Shown in pieces: positions 43,620-58,886 of a DNA stretch of 64,000 bases. The stretch lies in assembly GCF_009914755.1 (NCBI RefSeq), contig NC_060947.1; one strand, given 5' to 3'. The translations under genes and the position numbers were made by a program. Below the pieces are notes generated by a model, which was not told the DNA's origin, ran no database searches, and was given only the letters and a program-made list of their open reading frames with translations. The DNA comes from the human T2T-CHM13v2.0 reference genome, Homo sapiens. Numbering within the stretch: position 1 is the first letter of the stretch; each line of letters opens with the position of its first letter.

Positions 43620-44226
43620 TGAAAAGCCTTCAAAGCAATGCTAATGCCATTGCAGCTGGCACCAAGACTATGGACTGAAGTGCTCCCTCTGGAGGTAAAT
43701 CTGAGACATGACCACAGCGTTTGTCAGGAGGACACTGCTGCCAACCAATTTGAGTTGCCATTGGCTACGAATGGAGCATCAGAAGGAATAATGGCTCTTC
43801 CTGCCGGCTGCTCTGCTGGTCTTCCTTCCTGCCTCTCTTCCTCGGTCCTGTCCTTCTCCCCCTCTTCTTCCAAAAGCCCCTGGGATTGGGGGCCCACTCA
43901 AGGAAAGCGTGGAGGGCAGCTGGGGACCAGTGTGAAGCACGATCCTCCGCTGAGCGCAGCAGTGTCCTGCACAAGGAAGTTTTGTGGAGTAAGGAAGGGA
44001 GTCGGCGAGGGTGACTGTGTCCTGGGGAGGGGTCAGGGGTCCAAGAGAGGAACGTGTGCCAAGTTGGGTGGTGACCTGATGGGCTCAGATGGTTGACTGG
44101 CTTTGCAGTAAATATATGAATGATGTAGGGACCTGGCTTTCTCACCGTTTGGAAAAGGAGTTGCAGATATGAAAAGAGAGAAGGCTTGAATGTGGATTCG
44201 ATTTGGAGTTGTTGGTGTGAATTCAT

Positions 44227-44427
44227 TGATCTAGTTTGGATGTTTGTCCCCACCCACATCTGATGTTAACTTGTAATCCCCAGGGCTGGAGGTGGGGCCT
44301 GGTAGGGGGTGTTTGGGTCATGGGGGTGGATCCCTCATGAATGGCTTGGTGCTGTCTTCGTGATAGTGAGTTCTCGAGAGATCTTGTCATTTTAAAGTGG
44401 GTGGCATTCCCCCCGCCCCGACACACA

Positions 44428-44463
<36 letters not shown>

Positions 44464-44673
44464 TGCTCCTGCTTTCGCCATGAGATACACAAGCTCTTGC
44501 TTTGCCTCCCACCACAAGTAGAAGCTTCCCGAGGCCTCTCTAGAAGCTGGGCAGATGCCAGCACTAGGCGTCCTGCAGAGCCTGCAGAACCAAGAGCCCA
44601 TTAAACCTCTTTTCTGTATAAATTACCCAGTCTCAGGTATTTCTTTATAGCGGTGCAAGAGTGGCCTGATACA
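44227..44673 (+). mobile_element. MST-type MaLR solo LTR containing (CA)n(CT)n
   Basis: TGAT..GTTTGGATGTTTGTCCCC...ATTAAACCTCTTTTC..TAAATTACCCAGTCTCAGGTATTTCTTTATAGC...ATACA. Confidence 0.85.
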
Positions 44674-45189
44674 CTGATGGCTTTCAATATACAGATAGGT
44701 ATAGAAATAAGCATAGCTGTAAAATAGGGCTGTGTGTATGGGTATTTCTCAGCTCCATCACTTAGAAGGCCTGGGACCATCTCAATAGCAGTGAGTTGAC
44801 TTAGTGCCTGGGTCTCGATTTCTAAACAACCGTCTTGATTAAAAAGAACAGAGCTCACTAGAGAAATGACTGATTCCAGGGCTAGGGCAGAGAAAGTCCA
44901 AGATTAACTGGATCATCTTGTTGTCCCAGAAAAATAAGGAAGTGCTTAAAGAGCAACGGAGACACATTTAGCTGGACTAAGACAGAGAGAGCGAGGACTA
45001 AAATCAGAAATGAAAGTAGCCACATTACTACTGACCTTACAGAAATAAAAATATGCATGAGAGCACGGAAACGTATGACTTCCTTTACTTCATTCTCCTC
45101 CTTTACTTCTGAGTTGGTCAAGAATTAGAAGCAAGAGTTTGGGAACACTTTGCTAAAGGGGTTTCTATTCACTGTTGCAGATATAGCTA

Positions 45190-47693
<2,504 letters not shown>

Positions 47694-48425
47694 GAGTCTG
47701 TGATTCTTTACTGGAATGGAGTGACGTGTGTTTTCTTCTTAAATGACATCGTGAATTTCCAAGGTCCTTGAAATCTCTTTGCATCTCTTTCCAATTTGCC
47801 ATTGCTATGCCTGAAGTTCAGTTGGAATGCTTATATTTCAGCTTATCACATTACCTATATTCTGATCAAATATGTTATGGCATCGAAGCTAATTTTGAGA
47901 CATGGTCCCTAGGCCGTGGGACCTAATGACCAGAGATGGAAGTCTATGTGCTGCTTCTGTCCCAAGGGAGATGAGTATCTGTTAGGGGCTCACTCGGGAC
48001 TGTGTGGTGCTACCTGAGTGCGACACAGATGCTGGAGACTTGAGAAGATATCACTGTAGACTCCAACCCTGTTATAGCTGATGAGGAAAAAACTGAGAGT
48101 ATTTATTATTGCCCCCACAAAATGCACATATTTTATTATATTGATAAGATGTGAACAATATGTTATTCCTCAATATTCTGCAGGTTGCCTTTTCATTTTG
48201 TTGATTGTTACTGAATTCTTCTACCCCCAAAAAGGATTACATGAGAAGATTGTGAACAATTGTTTGCCAACAAATTAGATAACCTAGATGAAGTGGACAA
48301 ATTCCTAGAAATGTACAAACCATGAAAACTGACTCAGGAAGAAATAGATTTCATTTCCTTCAGATCTATACCCAGAAGTGGGAGAGCTGGATCATATGGT
48401 AGTTCTATTTTTAATTTTTTGAGGG

Positions 48426-51226
48426 TCATTCACAGGCCTGGAGGCTGAAGAGGGAAGAATGGTTTTTTGGACCCAGCCCAGAGCCCTGCTGGCCTGAGCA
48501 CCCTCGGGACACTGCTATCTGCGCCCCAGCTGCTCCAGCTCCAGCCATGGCTACAAGGGCCCCAGATACGCCTCCGGCTGCTGCTCTGGAGGGTGCAAGC
48601 TGTAAGCCTTGGTGGCTTCCATGTGGTGTTAAGCCTGCGGGTATGCAGAGGGCAAAAGTTGAGGCTTGGGAACCTCTGCCTAGATTCAGAGGATGTATGG
48701 AAACGCCTGAATGTCCAGGCAGAAGTCTGCTGCAGGGGCGGAGCCCTCCTGGGGAACCTCTACTAGCGTAGTGCAGAAGGGAAATCTGGGGTTGGAGTCC
48801 CCACTGGGGCACTGCCTAGTGGAGCTGTGAGAAGGGGGCCACCATCCTCAAGACCCCCGAATCATAGATCCACTGACAACTCGCATTATACTCCTGGAAA
48901 AGCTGCAGACATTCAATACCAGCCCAGGAAAGCAGCCGAGGGGGCTGTACCCTGCAGAGCCACAGGAGCGGAGCTGCCCAAGGCCTCAGGAGCCCACCCC
49001 TTGCCTCAGTGTGGCCTGGATGTAAGACATGGAGCCAAAGGAGATTATTTTGGAGCTTTAAGAATTAATGACGATTTTCTGCTCCGCCCGCCCACAGATG
49101 TAGTTTCCTCCGCACGTGCGCACCTTCCCTCCTCCCCGCCTGCAGGGTCCATGGCCTCCATGGCGTTTTAGGGGCAGCAGTGCCTGTGGCAGCCTTGGCC
49201 TTTGCAGCGGTGGCAGCAGCACCAGGCTCTGCAGTGGCATCCACCGGCGGCTTAAGCCGTAGCACTTCTCACAGCATTCAGCAGCAGCATTGCTGTAACC
49301 GACAAAGACACCTTCGAATTAAGCACATTCGTTGATTCCAGCAAAGCACTGCACCATGACCGAGATGAGCTTCCTGAGCAGCGAGGTGTTGGTGGGGGCT
49401 TGATGTCCCCCCTTGACCAGTCAGGTTTGGGGACTGAAGAAAGCCTAGGTCTCTTAGATGACTACCTGGAGGTGGCCAAGCACTTCAAACCTCATGGGTT
49501 CTCCAGCGACAAGGCTAAGGCAGACTCCTCCGAGTGGCTGGCTGTGGATGGGTTGGTCAGTGCCTCCAACGATGGCAAGGAGGATGCTTTCTTTGGGACA
49601 GATTGGATGTTGGAGAAAACTGATCTGAAGGAGTTCGACTTTGATGCCCTGTTGGGTATAGATGACCTGGAAACCATGCCAGACGAGCTTCTGGCCACGT
49701 TGGATGACTCGTGTGATCTCTTTGCCCCCCTAGTCCAGGAGACTATTAAGGAGCCCCCCCAGTCCAGGAGACTATTAAGGAGCCCCCCCCAGATGGTGAA
49801 CCCGATTTGCCATCTCCCAGAAAGTTTAACCCGACCAGGTTGCCCCCTTCACCTTCTTGCAACCTCTTCCCCTTTCCCCAGGGGTCCAGTCCTCCACTCC
49901 AGATTATTCCTTTAGTCTAGAGCTGGGCAGTGAAGTGGATATCTTTGAAGGAGCTAGGAAGCCAGACTCCACTGCTTACATTTCCAAGATCCCTCACTGC
50001 ACAAAGGAGGAAGACGCCCCCTCAGATAATGATAGTGGCATCTGTATGAGCCCAGAGTCCTATCTGGGCTCTCCCTCTACCTCCAGGGGCTCTCCGAGTA
50101 GGAGCCCGCCATCTCCAGGTGTCCTCTGTGGCTCTGCCTGCCCCAAACCTTATGACCCTCCTGGAGAGAAGATGGTAGCAGCACAAGTAAAGGGTGAGAA
50201 ACTGGATAAGAAGCTGAAAAAAAAATGGAGCAAAACCAAACAGCAGGAACTAGGTATCGCCAGAAGAAGAGGGTGGAGCAGGAGGTCCTCACTGGTGAGT
50301 GCAAAGCGGTGGAAAAGAAGAACGAGGCTCTGCAAGAGAGGGCGGATTCCCTGGCCGAGGAGATCCAGTACATGAAAGATTCGATAGAAGAGGTCTGCAA
50401 GGCAAGGGGGAAGAAAAGGGTCCTCTAGTTGAGGGTAGTCAGGAGCGTCAATGTGCTTGTACATAGGAGTCTCGCGCTGTAGCTGTGTGTTCGAATAAAT
50501 TATTTTGTAGTGGAAAAAAAAAAAAAAAAGAATTAATGACTGTCCTGTTGGGTTTTGGACTTGCATGGGGCCTGTAGCCCCTTTGTTTTGGCCGATGTCC
50601 CCCTTTTGGAAAGGGAGTATTTACCCAATGCCTGTACCTCAATTTTATCTTGGAAGTAGCTAACTTGTTTTAGATTTTACAGGCTCATAGGCAGAAGGGA
50701 CTTGCCTTGTCTCAGTTGAGACTTTGGACTGTGGATTTTTGAGTTAATGCTGAAATGGGTTAAGACTTGGGGGACTGTTGAGAGGAGATTATTGTATTTT
50801 GCAATGTGAGAAGTACATGAGATTTGGGAGGGGGCAGGGGTGGAATGATATGATTTGGATTTGTGTCCCCACCCAAATCTCATGTTGAATTGTAATCCCT
50901 AGTGTTGGAGGAGGGGACTGGTGGGAGGCGATTGGATCATGGGGGTCGATTTCCCCCTTGCTATTCTCGTGATGTTGAGCTCTCACAAGATGTGGTTGTT
51001 TAAAAGTGTATAGCACCTCCCCCTTCACTTTCTCTTTCTCCTTCTCTGGCCATATAAGATGTGCCTCCTTCCTCTTTGCCTTCCGCTATGATTGTAACTT
51101 TCCTGAGGCCTCCCCAGCCATGCTTCCTGTAGAGCCTGCAGAACTGTGAGTCAATTAAACCTCTTTTCTTTATAAATTACTCAGTCTTAGGTAGTCCTTT
51201 ATAGCAATGCGAGAACGGATTAGTAC
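48426..51226 (+). mobile_element. MST/THE1-type MaLR internal sequence plus 3' LTR (50846-51226), interrupted by the ATF4 retrocopy
   Basis: MaLR-int motifs (GAGGCTTGGGAACCTCTGCCTAGATT, GACATGGAGCCAAAGGAGAT), PPT GGGAGGGGGCAGGGGTGGAA then TGATATG LTR start. Confidence 0.85.
49073..50527 (+). pseudogene. ATF4 processed pseudogene (full-length retrocopy)
   Basis: Intronless MTEMSFLSSEVL..., DSGICMS degron, bZIP remnants; frameshifts; AATAAA at 50494, poly(A), 13-bp TSD AAGAATTAATGAC (49060-49072 and 50528-50540). Confidence 0.96.
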
Positions 51227-52119
51227 CGTCAATATTGATGAGAATGTTGAGCTATGTGTATGTACGCTGACACATTATGGTGGAAGCGAAAATTGGCTCA
51301 AACCACTTGGGAAAACATGGCATTATCTAGTAAATTTCGAGATATGTATTGGCTGTGATACAGCAATTCCAAAAAAAAACTTGGACATGTGCTTCAAGAG
51401 ACCTGTACAAGCATGTTCATAGCCAAGGGCTGGAAACTATCCAAATGCCTGCCCATCATCAGCAGAATGGATAAATTAGAGGACTATAAAACTCTGCCGT
51501 AATGTAATAGGTAGTTTCCAAGAAATCCAATCACATACAATGTGAAAATGTGTTACTGTGGGGTTAATGAAATGAATGAGGCAAGCCCGCTGGACCATCC
51601 AAATCTGTCCTGCTCCCGGCTGGAGTTTGATGCCATCTAGTGGCAGACGTTGCTCTGGCTGAAATATTGATGGAGATTTCCGGTCCAGTGGCTGGCTGAG
51701 ACTTCCAGGACAGTGGCAGTATCTCCAGGAATCTCTCAATCAGTTAGGACTTCCTTTCTTGACTTGATCTGAGGATAATAGGCCGGGAAAATAATGGGGA
51801 CCCGGAGACCCTCCCTCTGTCTTCCTGCTTCCTAAGACAGGGTCACATGCACTTTACTCTCCCTTCCCTGACCTGTTGAAGGTAAGAACTTTAGCCTGCC
51901 TCTGTCTGAGAATGGGGAGACTGAGCAGAGGACGACAGGAAGGATGGCAATCACTAACCGGGTTATGTCTGATTTTCAGCTATTCCAGGTGTTAACAAGT
52001 TGTGTTCTCTGGTTTTTAAAATTCATCATTTAATGAAATATATGTAATGAAATACAGCAGTGAAAATAATAAACTGGAGGTACACGCAAGAGCTTGGGTG
52101 AATTTTTCTTTTCTGTAAG

Positions 52120-52485
52120 TAAAAACATTTTTAACTGATGTATGATAACTCTGCATATTTATGGGATACATGTGATATTCTGATACATGCACACGCACAC
52201 ACGATGTAATGATCAAGTCGGGGTATTTAGGATCTCCACCACCTCAAGCATTTATCATTTCTTTTTTTGGGGAACATTTCCTATCTTTTAGCTATTTTGA
52301 AATATACAATAAATAATTACCTATAGTCCCTCTACGGTGCTATCAAACACTAGAACTTAATCCTTCTATGCAACTATATGTTTGTCCCCATTAACCTCCC
52401 CACCCTCCCCACCTTTCCCAGCGTCTGGTAACCATCATTCTGCTCTACCTCCAAAAGATCAACGTTTTTAGTTTCCACATGAGTG
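52120..52485 (-). mobile_element. Old L1 (L1MA-like) 3' end, antisense
   Basis: CATATTTATGGGATACATGTGATATT...GGTAACCATCATTCT..TTTTAG..CCACATGAGTG. Confidence 0.75.
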
Positions 52486-52799
52486 CCAATATGCTTTTCC
52501 CAGGTGCAGAGGCTGCTGATTCCTGGATTTGGAAGGTGGGGGAGAGTGGTTTGGATTTCAGTACCTCCCCCTTCCTCAGGGCTAGGCCCTGTCTGGTCAC
52601 CTCCTGTTGCTACAGGTGTGCCTGGCACAGACATTCAGCTCCCGGGGCCGTGCCGCCCTCACCCCTGCATGCCTCTAGAGGTACCTGTCCCGTGGATTTG
52701 ACCCCCTTCCAGACACACAAATAGATCACCACTGAGCAGACACAGGGTCACCTCCCAGCTCCCTACCAGGCAAGAGCGACCAGGGCAGGGACTGATACT

Positions 52800-53900
52800 G
52801 CCGAACCCAGGAGCCAGGCCCGACCCAGCCTCAGGTCCAGCAGGTCCCGCCTGTCCACCTGGGCCAGGCCTAGAGCCCGGGAGCCCCTGGCTGGTGGGAG
52901 GCCACCCGCAACCCACCCCACACGCAGCTCCAGCTCCCCCACCAGGCGGGGCGACTAGGACAGGGACAGAACCCGTTGAACCCAGGAGTGAGATCCGGCC
53001 CCGGGTCCCGCTGGGCCCTCCCGTCCACCTTGGCTGGACCTGGCGCCTGGGAGACCTTGGCTGGCGCGAGGCCACGCCCACCAGACATGCAGTTCCAGCT
53101 ACCCCACCAGCTGGGCGACCAGGACAGGGACGGAGGCTGCTGAGCCCAGTTAGAGGCCTGCCCCCCGGGGTCTGTCCTGGGCGCTCCCCCAAGGACGGAC
53201 AGGGCAGGCAGGGTCCGGGACGATGGCCGCACAGTCCCGGCCCCGTGTTCCCAGGCCCGTCTTGCTCCTCGATGTGAGGGAGACCCGGGGGATGGGACAG
53301 GCTGGGCCCCGCAGTGCCTGACTCCCTGCAGGGCTCCCGGGACAGGGGTCCGGCGGACAGCCGGCTGCTCAGGGGTGAGGGGTCCAAGCTGGCATTGCGG
53401 CCACCTTCCGGCCCGGGCTCTCTTGGGGAGGGGCGGGGTTGGTGAGAACCGGTCACGTGCTCCGGGGCTCACTCGGGGTCTCCCAGGGCCGGAAGTAGGG
53501 CCCCTGTGCGCAGGCGCCCTGAGGATCCCGGGCTGCCCATCTCACGCCAGGGGGCGGAACTTCCTGCAGCCTCTCTGCCTCCGCATCCTCGTGGGCCCTG
53601 ACCTTCTCTCTGAGAGCCGGGCAGAGGCTCCGGAGCCATGCAGGCCGAAGGCCGGGGCACAGGGGGTTCGACGGGCGATGCTGATGGCCCAGGAGGCCCT
53701 GGCATTCCTGATGGCCCAGGGGGCAATGCTGGCGGCCCAGGAGAGGCGGGTGCCACGGGCGGCAGAGGTCCCCGGGGCGCAGGGGCAGCAAGGGCCTCGG
53801 GGCCGGGAGGAGGCGCCCCGCGGGGTCCGCATGGCGGCGCGGCTTCAGGGCTGAATGGATGCTGCAGATGCGGGGCCAGGGGGCCGGAGAGCCGCCTGCT
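52800..53900. promoter_or_regulatory. CTAG1 CpG island/promoter
   Basis: CpG-rich; ETS CCGGAAGT (53489-53496), CTCF/BORIS-like CGCCAGGGGGCGG (53545-53557), GC boxes. Confidence 0.8.
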
Positions 53901-55090
53901 TGAGTTGTATTCTGTTCTGTTCTGTTCTGTTCTGACAGTTCTGGTGGCGAGGTGGGGGCCGGGAGATGGGGAGGGCAGGGCCAGGTGGGGGAGGAGGCGG
54001 GGGAGATGCGAGTAAGTGGTTGGGTGGGGGTGGGGGTGGGGGTTGGGAGGTGGGGATATGAGAGGCCAGCTGCGAGGAGGGGAGGAGGTAAGGGCTGGGA
54101 GGTAGAGGGGGTGGGGGTGGGGGAGAGGGGCTGGGTGATTGGGTGAGGGGCACCGGGTCATGCGGGGAGGGGAGCAGGGGCCAGGAGATAGGGGGACCCA
54201 GGTGTAGGAGGGGATCAGGAGGTGGGGGGAAGGGGGCAAGATGGGAGCGGGTGGCGGGAGGTGGTTGGGATGGAGGGTCGAGTGATGAGGAGGGGGCCGG
54301 GTGATGCCACAGGGGGCAGGGTGGGGAGGGGTCTTGTAAGGGCATGGAGGAGTCAGCTTGGGGTGCAGCAAAGGAAAGTGGGGAACCAAGACAGCTGGGT
54401 GGGGTGTGCTACTGGGCCAGTGCCTGGGGAGACAGCCTGGGGGGGATGGGCTGGGCAATCCGGGGTAGGGGGGAGGGGTGGGGGAGTGGGGGAGGGGGAA
54501 GCTGGCCTGGGGTAAGCAGCAGGCCGGAGCCACAGGCCAAGTCCTAGGAGAGGATGCCTTAACTGGGCCCCCACCAGCTACCTCGCCATGCCTTTCGCGA
54601 CACCCATGGAAGCAGAGCTGGCCCGCAGGAGCCTGGCCCAGGATGCCCCACCGCTTCCCGTGCCAGGGGTGCTTCTGAAGGAGTTCACTGTGTCCGGCAA
54701 CATACTGACTATGTCAGTTCAGGACCAGGACAGGGATGGGGCCTGGGTGGGTGGCGGTCACAGCGTGGCAGGGTGGGGGCTGGGATCCGCCTACACCCCA
54801 CGGTCAGGCTGCTAGAAACCTGGGAACACCCCAGCACAGGGTCTCAGAACAGAGACCTGGTACACCAGGCCCGCCGCCACCCGAGGGAGCCCAGGGAGAT
54901 GGGTGCAGAGGTGTCGCCTTTAACGTGATGTTCTCTGCCCCTCACATTTAGCCGACTGACTGCTGCAGACCACCGCCAACTGCAGCTCTCCATCAGCTCC
55001 TGTCTCCAGCAGCTTTCCCTGTTGATGTGGATCACGCAGTGCTTTCTGCCCGTGTTTTTGGCTCAGCCTCCCTCAGGGCAGAGGCGCTAA
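53638..55090 (+). CDS. CTAG1A: Cancer/testis antigen 1 (NY-ESO-1), exons 53638-53906, 54578-54712, 54952-55090 (543 nt, 180 aa)
   Basis: MQAEGRGTGG...ESRLLEFYLAMPF...SLLMWITQCFLPVF...SGQRR*; Gly-rich N-terminus plus Pcc1/LAGE3-like domain. A versus B copy is assigned by position next to intact IKBKG only. Confidence 0.95.
53678..53854 (+). CDS. NY-ESO-1 alternative reading frame ORF2 (CAMEL-like, 58 aa)
   Basis: MLMAQEALAFLMAQGAMLAAQERRVPR...RMAARLQG*, in the +1 frame within exon 1. Confidence 0.8.
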   Translation: MLMAQEALAFLMAQGAMLAAQERRVPRAAEVPGAQGQQGPRGREEAPRGVRMAARLQG

Positions 55091-55224
55091 GCCCAGCCTG
55101 GCGCCCCTTCCTAGGTCATGCCTCCTCCCCTAGGGAATGGTCCCAGCACGAGTGGCCAGTTCATTGTGGGGGCCTGATTGTTTGTCGCTGGAGGAGGACG
55201 GCTTACATGTTTGTTTCTGTAGAA

Positions 55225-55230
55225 AATAAA
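55225..55230 (+). terminator. CTAG1 polyadenylation signal AATAAA
   Basis: 135 nt after the stop, followed by a GT-rich element. Confidence 0.85.
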
Positions 55231-55516
55231 ACTGAGCTACGATTCCGTGTCTGAGTCTCTTTTCGGCGAGCGAAGGCACCTTCGGACTTGCATGCCCTTG
55301 TCCTCGGGTTGCAGGGGAGGCTCTGGGATTCACAGATTGAAGTAGCACAAGGTAACGGGAGGCAATTTGGGAAATGGGGGAAAATGAAAAGCCACTGGGT
55401 CCCGCCATTCAGCATTAACTACTGTGGACATTTTAGAATATTTTCCTCAATATACTTGCATTTATATGTTAAATATATGACAGTAGCATATATAATGTTT
55501 TTCCAGGTCAGCATTA

Positions 55517-56460
<944 letters not shown>

Positions 56461-57088
56461 TAGTAATTCAAATAATCTAAAATCTTTGTGAACATGTAAT
56501 ATAACCAAAACACAGGTTCATTCCCTCATCGCTTGGAGATCCAATTAACAAGAGCGTGGTCTGCTATAAAGAAACGGACTTTCTGCCATGCTTGATTTAG
56601 GGGAAGACGTACAGGCTCCTGCCTTTAAGGGTGCTGCTTCCCACTGGGGGCAGAAAGCAGGGCCTTTTAAAGGAGGACTTGGCGTGAATGGTAGGCAGGG
56701 GAGGGAGCAGGCAGCTGTGGGGTCTGCATGACATGCTGAGGTGTCTTGTCTGCCGGGAGGTCACGCTGGCACCATCTTGGGCAGAGCTAGGTTGGAAAGG
56801 GGCTGTTTGTCAAAGCAAAACAGACATATGCTTGAGCTGTGTTCTGGGATGCTCTTAAGTTGCTCGGAGACAACTTGATCCCTTTGAGTTTTGTTTTAGC
56901 ATTTGCTCGGTGGGAACACAGCAGATTTTAATGTAAGATTAATAATATTAGTTGACAATCTCCAATGCTTGGCAAGGCTGTAGTTGGAAACGAGGACTCA
57001 TACGCTGTCAGTAGGAGTGGTAGTAACATCTATCTGGACATTTATTTGGCATTTTCTATTAAGGGAAAGATGTGCATACCCTTCCAGC

Positions 57089-58076
57089 TGTAGGGAAAAG
57101 AAAGAGAGATCAGACTGTTACTGTTGTCTATGTAGAAAAGGAAGACATAAGAAACTCCATTTTGACCTGTACCCTGAACGATTGTTTTGCCCCGAGATGC
57201 TGTTAATCTGTAACTTTGCCCCAACCTTGAGCTCACAGAAACATGTGTTGTATGGAATCAAGGTTTAAGGGATCTAGGGCTGTGCAGTATGTGCCTTGTT
57301 AACAAAATGTTTACAGGCAGTATGCTTCGTAAAAGTCATCACCATTCTCCATTCTCGATAAGCCAGGGGCACAATGCACTGCGGAAAGCCGCAGGGACCT
57401 CTGCCCTGGAAAGCCGGGTATTGTCCAAGGTTTCTCCCCATGTGATAGCCTGAGATATGGCCTCGTGGGGCGGGAAAGACCTGACCGTCCCCCAGCCCAA
57501 CACCCGTGAAGGGTCTGTGCTGAGGAGGAAGGCCTCTTGCAGTTGAGATAAGAGGAAGGCCTCTGTCTCCTGCCTGCCCCTGGGAACTAAATGTCTCAGT
57601 ATAAAACTCGATTGTACATTTGTTCTCTTCTGAGATAAGAGAAAACCCGCCGTGTGGCGGGAGGCGAGACATGTTGGTGGCAGCAATGCTGCTCTGTTAC
57701 TCTTTACTCCACTGAGATGTTTGGGTGGAGAAAAGCATAAATCTGGCCTATGTGCACATCCAGGCATAGTACCTTCCCTTGAACTTATTTGTGACACAGA
57801 TTCCTTTGCTCACATGTTTTCTTGTTGACCTTCTCCACACTATCACCCTGTTCTCCTGCCACATTCCCCTTACTGAGATAGTAAAAATAGTAATCAATAA
57901 ATACTGAGGGAACTCAGAGACCGGTGCCAGTGCGGGTCCTCCGTATGCTGAGCACCAGTCTCCTGGGCCCACTGTTCTTTCTCTATACTTTGTCTCTGTG
58001 TCTTATTTCTTTTCTCAGTCTCTCGTCCCACCTGACGAGAAATACCCACAGGTGTGGATGGGGCTGGCCCTCTTCA
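57089..58076 (+). repeat. 5' LTR (988 bp, TG...CA, LTR5B-like)
   Basis: TGTAGGGAAAAGAAAGAGAGATCAGACTG start; AATAAA at 57896; ends CTTCA before the PBS. Confidence 0.93.
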
Positions 58077-58078
58077 TT

Positions 58079-58096
58079 TGGCGCCCAACGTGGGGC
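58079..58096 (+). promoter_or_regulatory. Primer-binding site for tRNA-Lys
   Basis: TGGCGCCCAACGTGGGGC, 2 nt after the LTR. Confidence 0.95.
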
Positions 58097-58219
58097 CTTT
58101 CTCTAGGGTGAAGGTGCGCTAAGACCGTGAGCATTGAGGACAGTCGATGAGAGATTCCCGAGTACGTCCACGGTGAGCCTTGCGGTAAGCTTGTGCACAC
58201 GGAGGAACCCAGGGTAACA

Positions 58220-58886
58220 ATGGGACAAACTGAAAGTAAATATGCCTCTTATCTCAGCTTTATTAAAATTCTTTTAAGAAGAAGGGGAGTTAGAGCTTCT
58301 ACAGAAAATCTAATTATGCTATTTCAAACAATAGAACAATTCTGCCCATAGTTTCCAGAACAGGGAACTTTAGATCTAAAAGACTGGGAAAAAATTGGCA
58401 AAGAATTAAAACAAGCAAGTAGGGAAGGCAAAATCATCCCGCTTACAGTATGCAATGATTGGGCCATTATTAAAGCAGCTTTAGAACCGTTTCAAACAGA
58501 AGAAGATAGCGTTTTGGTTTCTGATGCCCCTGAAAGCTGTGTAATAGATTGTGAAGAAGAGGCGGGGACAGAGTTCAAGAAAGGAACGGAAAGTTCACAT
58601 TGTGAAAATGTAGCAGAGTCTGTAATGGCTCGGTCAACACAAAGTGTTGACTACAATCAATTACAGGAGGTAATATATCCTGAATCACCAAAACTGGGGG
58701 AAGGAGGTCCAGAACCATCGGGGCCGTCAGGGCTAAAACCACGATGGCCACCTCCTCCTCAGTCGAGTGAGTGCTGGGGGAGGGAGCCTGAAACCAGGCT
58801 GGCTGCAACTCGGCTCGCGGTGCCCATTATTGCCCAACCGGCAGTTCACTGCGGTGAAGGAGCAATTCAGACTCGCCCTGTAGCAT
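58220..58886 (+). pseudogene. gag: HERV-K gag remnant (matrix and p15 only)
   Basis: MGQTESKYASYLSFIKILL...; TAG at codon 44 (58349-58351); capsid and nucleocapsid deleted. Confidence 0.9.

Noticed and set aside
53469-54533. 354-aa Pro-rich antisense ORF
   Set aside because: By-product of the G-run intron read on the C-rich strand.
58079-58096. tRNA gene
   Set aside because: Only the 18-nt complement of a tRNA-Lys 3' end (PBS); no cloverleaf.
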